A DNA stretch of 64,000 nt from the human T2T-CHM13v2.0 reference genome, Homo sapiens. The position numbers were made by a program, and so were the translations under genes. The stretch is from the NCBI RefSeq assembly GCF_009914755.1, contig NC_060948.1; one strand, written 5' to 3'. Each line of letters opens with the position of its first letter. The first letter of the stretch is position 1. Shown here in pieces: positions 56,836-64,000 of this stretch. The notes under the pieces are model-generated. The model had not been told where the DNA came from, searched no databases, and saw only the letters and a program-made list of their open reading frames with translations.

Positions 56836-59800
56836 AGGGAATGAAATTGAATCAACAGGAATGGAAGGGAATAGAATAGACGGTAATGGAATGGACTCGA
56901 ATAGAATGGACACGAATGCTCAAATTGAATGGACTCGAATGGAATGGAAACGAAAGGAATGTCATCGAATGGAATTGAATCGATTGGAATGAAATCGCAT
57001 AGAATGGAGTGGAATCAAATGGAATTGAATCGAAAGGAAAGGAAGCGAATGGACTGAAATGAAATGGAATGGAATTGAATGGAAAGTAATGCAATGGAAT
57101 AGAATGGAACGAAATTTCACGGAATGGAATCAAACTGAATGGAATCAAATCAATGGAATCAAATCAAATGGAATGGAAAGGAATTGAATGGAGTAGATTG
57201 GATTGGATGGGATTGGAATGAAATGTACTGGAAAGCACTCGAATTCCATGAAACGGAATGGAATGAATTGGAACGGAATGGACTCGAATGGAATGGAATG
57301 TCATGGAATGGCATCAAATGGAATGGCATCAAATGGAATGGAATCGAATGCAATGGAATGCTATGGAATGGAATGGAATGCATTGGAATGGAATGGAATG
57401 CATTGGAATGGAATGTCCTCTAATGGAATGGATTCGAGTGGAATGGAATCGAATATAATGGAGTCGAATGAAATGGAATTGAAAGGAATGTGATCGAATA
57501 CAATGGAATATACTGGAATGTAATGTAATGAACTCGAATATAATTGACTGGAATGGAATGTACATGAATGGAATGTAATCGAATGGAAAGTAATCCAATG
57601 GAATAGAATCTAATGCAATAAAATCGACTCAGATAGAGTAGAATGTAATGGAATGGAGTGCAGTGCAATGGAGTGGAATGGAATGGAATGCAATGGAATG
57701 GAATGGAATGGAATGGAATGGAATGGAATGGGATGGAATGGGATGGAATGGTATGGAATGGATAGTAATGGACTGGAGTGAAATGGACTGGAAAGGAATG
57801 GACTCAAATTGAAAGGGCTCGAAAGGAATGGAGTCAAATGGAATGATCTGGAATGCAATGAACACGAATGTAATGCAATCCAATAGAATGGAATCGAATG
57901 GCATGGAATATAAAGAAATGGAATCGAAGAGAATGGAAACAAATGGAATGGAATTGAATGGAATGGAATTGAATGGAATGGGAACGAATGGAGTGAAATT
58001 GTATGCAGTAGAAGAGAATAGAATGGAATGCAAGCGAAAGGAAAGGAATGGATTGGAATGGAATGGAATTCATTGGAATGGAAGGGAATGTAGTGTAATG
58101 GACAGGCCTGGAATAAAGTGGAATGCTACGGTCTCGAATGGAATAAAAATGTATGGAATGGAATGCAATGAAACGGAATCGAATGTCATAGAATGTAACG
58201 GAATGCAAAAAAATGGAATCCAAAATCATTGACTGGAAAGGCTGGGTGTCGAAAGGAATTGACTCCAATGGAATGGAATCGAATGGAATGGAAGTGAACA
58301 GAATCGAACTAAATCGAATGGAATGGAATTGATAGGAACGGAATGGAAAGGAATGCAATGATTTGGCATGGAATGGAATCGAATGGAATGGAATGGAATG
58401 CAATGGAATGGAATGTATTAGAATGTAATGAACTTTAATGGAATGTACTCGAATGGATTCGACTGGAATGGAATGTTCTGGAAGTGAATGGACTCCAATG
58501 GAATGGATTCAAAAGGAATGGAATCGTACGGAATGGAATCTAATGGAATGGAATTAAATGGAAATGAATCAAATTGAATAGCACGGAATTGAATTGAATG
58601 GAATGGAATGCAATGGAATCTAATGAAACGGAAAGGAAAGGAATGGAATGGAATGGAATGGGCTGGAATGGAAAGGAATCGAAACGAATGGAATGGAATC
58701 AAACTGAAGAGACTGGAATGGAATGCACTGGAATGGAAGGGAGTGTAATGGAAGGTTCTCGAAAATAATGGAATCGAATGGAATGGAATTGAATGGAACG
58801 GAATAGAGTCGAATGGAATTGAATGGAATGGAATGGACTAGAGTGAAATGGAATCGAACCACAAGGAATGGACAGGAATAGAATGGTCTCGAATTGAATG
58901 GAATCGTATGGAATGGCATCAAACGGAATGGAATGGACAGCCACGGAATGGAATGCACTCGAATGCAATGGAGTCGAAACTAATGGACTGGAATAGAATG
59001 GACTCGACTGGTACGGACTCCAATGGAATGGAATCGAATGGAAGGGAATCGAACGGAATGGACTCGAAGGGAAAAGACTGCAATGGAAAGGTCTCGAATG
59101 GAATGGAAATTAATGGAATGGAATGGAATCGAATGAAATGGAGTCAAAAGGAATGGAATCGAATGGCAAGAAATCGAATGTAATGGAATCGCAAGGAATT
59201 GATGTGAACGGAACGGAATGGAATGGAATCCAAAGGAATGGAATAGAATGGAATGGAATCGAATGGAAAGGACTCGAATGGAAATCACTCGAATAGAATG
59301 CAATTTAATAAAATAGGATCAAATGTAATGGAATGGAATGGAAAGGAATCGAAACGAAAGGAATGGAGACAGATGGAATGGAATGGAACAGAGAGCAATG
59401 GTATAGAATGGAATGGAATCATCTGGAATGGAATTGAATGGAATGGAATAATATGAAATGGAATGGAATGGAATGGAATGGAATGCCCTTGAATTAAATG
59501 GACTGGAATGGAATGGACTCGAACAGAGTGGAATGGAAAGTGTTGAGATAGAATGGAATGGACTCCTTTGGAATGGTGTAGTATGAAATGCAATCGACTG
59601 GCAGGGAATCAAAAGGAATGTAATCGAATGGATTGGACTGGAATGCAATGGACTCGAATAGATTGGGAACGGAATGCAAAGGAATGGAATGGAATAGTAT
59701 GGAATGGAATGGAAAGGAATGGAGTGGAATAGACTAGAGTGGAATGGAATGGACTGGAAAGCAATGGACTGGAATGGAACTTTCTTGAATGGACTGGAAT

Positions 59801-60414
59801 CAAACGGAATGGAATGCAATGCAATCAAATGGCATGGAATAAAATAGAATGAAAGAGAATCAAATGGAATTGAATCGAATGGAATCGAATGGATTGGAAA
59901 GGAATAGAATGGAATGGAATGGAATTGACTCAAATGGAATGGACTAGAATGGAATGGATTCGAATGGAAGGCAAAGGAATGGAATCTATTGGAATGGACT
60001 GTAATGGAATGGAATGGAAGGGATTGGAATGGACTCGAATGGAATGGACTGCAATAGAAAGGATTCGAATGGAATGAAAAAGAATTGAATGGAATAGAAC
60101 AGAATGGAATCAAATCGAATGAAATGGAATGGAATAGAAAGGAATGGAATGAAATGGAATGGAAAGGATTCGAATGGAATGCAATCGAATGGAATGGAAT
60201 CGAACGGAATGGAATAAAATGGAAGAAAACTGGCAAGAAATGGAATCGAAATGAATGGAGTGTTATGGAACGGACTCAAAAGGAATTGAATGTAATAGAA
60301 TGGAGTGGAGTGGACTCGAATATAATGGACTGGAATGGAATGAAATCACATGGAATGGGAACGAATGGAATGGAATGGAAAGGAATGGAATCGAATGGAA
60401 AGGAATCGAATGGA
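56836..60414 (+). repeat. Higher-order unit 17 (3579 bp, longest; dimer type X)
   Basis: Landmark spacing. Shares unit 15 markers. 20-bp duplication at ~57371-57410 and 10-bp deletion at ~58385. Confidence 0.9.
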
Positions 60415-63400
60415 AGGGAATGAAATTGAATCAACAGGAATGGAAGGGAATAGAATAGACGGTAATGGAATGGACTCGAATAGAATGGACACGAATGCTC
60501 AAATTGAATGGACTCGAATGGAATGGAAACGAAAGGAATGTCATCGAATGGAATTGAATCGATTGGAATGAAATCGCATAGAATGGAGTGGAATCAAATG
60601 GAATTGAATCGAAAGGAAAGGAAGCGAATGGACTGAAATGAAATGGAATGGAATTGAATGGAAAGTAATGCAATGGAATAGAATGGAACGAAATTTCACG
60701 GAATGGAATCAAACTGAATGGAATCAAGTCAATGGAATCAAATCAAATGGAATGGAAAGGAATTGAATGGAGTAGATGGGATTGGATGGGATTGGAATGA
60801 AATGTACTGGAAAGGACTCGAATTTCATGAAACGGAATGGAATGAATTGGAACGGAATGGACTCGAATGGAATGGAATGTCATGGAATGGCATCAAATGG
60901 AATGGCATCAAATGGAATGGAATCGAATGCAATGATATGCTATGGAATGGAATGGAATGCATTGGAATGGAATGTCCTCTAATGGAATGGATTCGAGTGG
61001 AATGGAATCGAATATAATGGAGTCGAATGAAATGGAATTGAAAGGAATGGGATCGAATAGAATGGAATATACTGGAATGTAATGTAATGAACTCGAATGT
61101 AATTTACTGGAATGGAATGTACATGAATGGAATGTAATCGAATGGAAAGTAATCTAATGGAATAGAATCTAATGCAATAAAATCGACTCAGAGTAGAATG
61201 TAATGGAATGGAGTGCAGTGCAATGGAATGGAATGGAATGGAATACAATGGAATGGAATGGAATGGAATGGAATGGAATGGGATGGAATGGTATGGAATG
61301 GATAGTAATGGACTGGAGTGAAATGGACTGGAAAGGAATGGACTCAAATTGAAAGGGCTCGAAAGCAATGGAGTCAAATGGAATGGTCTGGAATGGAATG
61401 AACACGAATGTAATGCAATCCAATAGAATGGAATCGAATGGCATGGAATATAAAGAAATGGAATCGAAGAGAATGGAAACAAATGGAATGGAATTGAATG
61501 GAATGGAATTGAATGGAATGGGAACGAATGGAGTGAAATTGTATGCAGTAGAAGGGAATAGAATGGAATGCAAGCGAAAGGAAAGGAATGGATTGGAATG
61601 GAATGGAATTCATTGGAATGGAAGGGAATGTAGTGTAATGGACAGGCCTGGAATAAAGTGGAATGCTACGGTCTCGAATGGAATAAAAATGTATGGAATG
61701 GAATGCAATGAAACGGAATCGAATGTCATAGAATGTAATGGAATGCAAAAAAATGGAATCCAAAATCATTGACTGGAAAGGCTGGGTGTCGAAAGGAATT
61801 GACTCCAATGGAATGGAATCGAATGGAATGGAAGTGAATAGAATCGAACTAAATCGAATGGAATGGAATTGATAGGAACGGAATGGAAAGGAATGCAATG
61901 ATTTGGCATGGAATGGAATCGAATGGCATCGAATGGAATGGAATGGAATGCAATGGAATGGAATGTATTAGAATGTAATGAACTTTAATGGAATGTACTC
62001 GAATGGATTCGACTGGAATGGAATGTTCTGGAAGTGAATGGACTCCAATGGAATGGATTCAAAAGGAATGGAATCGTACGGAATGGAATCTAATGGAATG
62101 GAATTAAATGGAAATGAATCAAATTGAATAGCACGGAATTGAATTGAATGGAATGGAATGCAATGGAATCTAATGAAACGGAAAGGAAAGGAATGGAATG
62201 GAATGGAATGGGCTGGAATGGAAAGGAATCGAAACGAATGGAATGGAATCGAACTGAAGAGACTGGAATGGAATGCACTGGAATGGAAGGGAGTGTAATG
62301 GAAGGTTCTCGAAAAAAATGAAATCGAATGGAATGGAATTGAATGGAATGGAATAGAGTCGAATGGAATTGAATGGAATGGAATGGACTAGAGTGAAATG
62401 GAATCGAACCACAAGGAATGGACAGGAATAGAATGGTCTCGAATTGAATGGAATCGTATGGAATGGCATCAAACGGAATGGAATGGACAGCCACGGAATG
62501 GAATGCACTCGAATGCAATGGAGTCGAAACTAATGGACTGGAATAGAATGGACTCGACTGGTACGGACTCCAATGGAATGGAATCGAATGGAAGGGAATC
62601 GAACGGAATGGACTCGAAGGGAAAAGACTGCAATGGAAAGGTCTCGAATGGAATGGAAATTAATGGAATGGAATGGAATCGAATGAAATGGAGTCAAAAG
62701 GAATGGAATCGAATGGCAAGAAATCGAATGTAATGGAATCGCAAGGAATTGATGTGAACGGAACGGAATGGAATGGAATCCAAAGGAATGGAATAGAATG
62801 GAATGGAATCGAATGGAAAGGACTCGAATGGAAATCACTCGAATAGAATGCAATTTAATAAAATAGGATCAAATGTAATGGAATGGAATGGAAAGGAATC
62901 GAAACGAAAGGAATGGAGACAGATGGAATGGAATGGAACAGAGAGCAATGGTATAGAATGGAATGGAATCATCTGGAATGGAATTGAATGGAATGGAATA
63001 ATATGAAATGGAATGGAATGGAATGGAATGCCCTTGAATTAAATGGACTGGAATGGAATGGACTCGAACAGAGTGGAATGGAAAGTGTTGAGATAGAATG
63101 GAATGGACTCCTTTGGAATGGTGTAGTATGCAATGCAATCGACTGGCAGGGAATCAAAAGGAATGTAATCGAATGGATTGGACTGGAATGCAATGGACTC
63201 GAATAGATTGGAAACGGAATGCAAAGGAATGGAATGGAATAGTATGGAATGGAATGGAAAGGAATGGAGTGGAATAGACTAGAGTGGAAAGGAATGGACT
63301 GGAAAGCAATGGACTGGAATGGAAGTTTCTTGAATGGACTGGAATCAAACGGAATGGAATGCAATGCAATCAAATGGCATGGAATAAAATAGAATGAAAG

Positions 63401-63959
63401 AGAATCAAATGGAATTGAATCGAATGGAATCGAATGGATTGGAAAGGAATAGAATGGAATGGAATGGAATTGACTCAAATGGAATGGACTAGAATGGAAT
63501 GGATTCGAATGGAAGGCAAAGGAATGGAATCTATTGGAATGGACTGTAATGGAATGGAATGGAAGGGATTGGAATGGACTCGAATGGAATGGACTGCAAT
63601 AGAAAGGATTCGAATGGAATGAAAAAGAATTGAATGGAATAGAACAGAATGGAATCAAATCGAATGAAATGGAATGGAATAGAAAGGAATGGAATGAAAT
63701 GGAATGGAAAGGATTCGAATGGAATGCAATCGAATGGAATGGAATCGAACGGAATGGAATAAAATGGAAGAAAACTGGCAAGAAATGGAATCGAAATGAA
63801 TGGAGTGTTATGGAACGGACTCAAAAGGAATTGAATGTAATAGAATGGAGTGGAGTGGACTCGAATATAATGGACTGGAATGGAATGAAATCACATGGAA
63901 TGGGAACGAATGGAATGGAATGGAAAGGAATGGAATCGAATGGAAAGGAATCGAATGGA
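60415..63959 (+). repeat. Higher-order unit 18 (3545 bp; dimer type Y)
   Basis: Landmark spacing. Shares unit 16 markers. 4-bp deletion (ACTCAGAGTAG versus ACTCAGATAGAGTAG) at ~61190. Confidence 0.9.
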
Positions 63960-64000
63960 AGGGAATGAAATTGAATCAACAGGAATGGAAGGGAATAGAA
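63960..64000 (+). repeat. Start of higher-order unit 19 (truncated by window edge)
   Basis: AGGGAATGAAATTGAATCAACAGGAATGGAAGGGAATAGAA matches positions 1-41. Confidence 0.9.

Larger units (their letters stand above)
1..64000 (+). repeat. DYZ1: Human satellite III (HSat3) array, GGAAT strand on +; most likely DYZ1 (Yq12 heterochromatin)
   Basis: Continuous GGAAT pentamer with recurring variants (CGAAT, GGACT, GCAAT, TGAAT). ~3.55 kb periodicity is visible from identical ORFs recurring at 17, 3546, 7075, 10604 ... 60431. One GGCC (e.g. 1220-1223) and one GAATTC (e.g. 1181-1186) per typical unit, consistent with the classical DYZ1 ~3.4-3.6 kb HaeIII/EcoRI male-specific repeat. Confidence 0.93.

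Noticed and set aside
17-63968. All other MEWNG-rich (+) and HSIPF-rich (-) ORFs
   Set aside because: Overlapping in several frames on both strands, frequent ATG from GAATG, no recognisable domain; artefacts of the satellite.
1-64000. CRISPR-like or prokaryotic repeat system
   Set aside because: No constant repeat with unique spacers and no cas-like or other real genes; the periodicity is tandem.
1-64000. HSat2, telomeric or alpha-satellite identity
   Set aside because: Long GGAAT runs dominate, without the HSat2 GATGAT/ATCATC-containing ~23-26 bp periodicity. No TTAGGG arrays and no 171-bp monomer.

Overview
The whole 64 kb window is one uninterrupted, head-to-tail satellite array of the degenerate pentamer (GGAAT)n / (ATTCC)n, organised into a ~3.55 kb higher-order unit: 18 complete copies (3519-3579 bp, modal 3569 bp) plus a 41-bp start of a 19th. 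The pentamer, the unit length and the single HaeIII (GGCC) and EcoRI (GAATTC) site per unit match human satellite III DYZ1 of Yq12 heterochromatin; this is recognition from established knowledge, not a database search. All listed ORFs are MEWNG/IPFHS translations of the pentamer and are not credible genes. I see no transposon, Alu/DYZ2 block, inversion, RNA gene or CRISPR array, and no evidence for a new protein-coding system. The real structure is in array evolution: a homogeneous short-unit subfamily (units 1-3), a displaced patch of it across units 5/6, local subfamily blocks (6-8, 12-13), an A-B-A-B dimeric ~7.1 kb repeat (units 15-18), four fixed pentamer phase shifts per unit, and unit-specific restriction-site gains and losses. 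All comparisons were made by eye and from the ORF track, so variant lists are not exhaustive.
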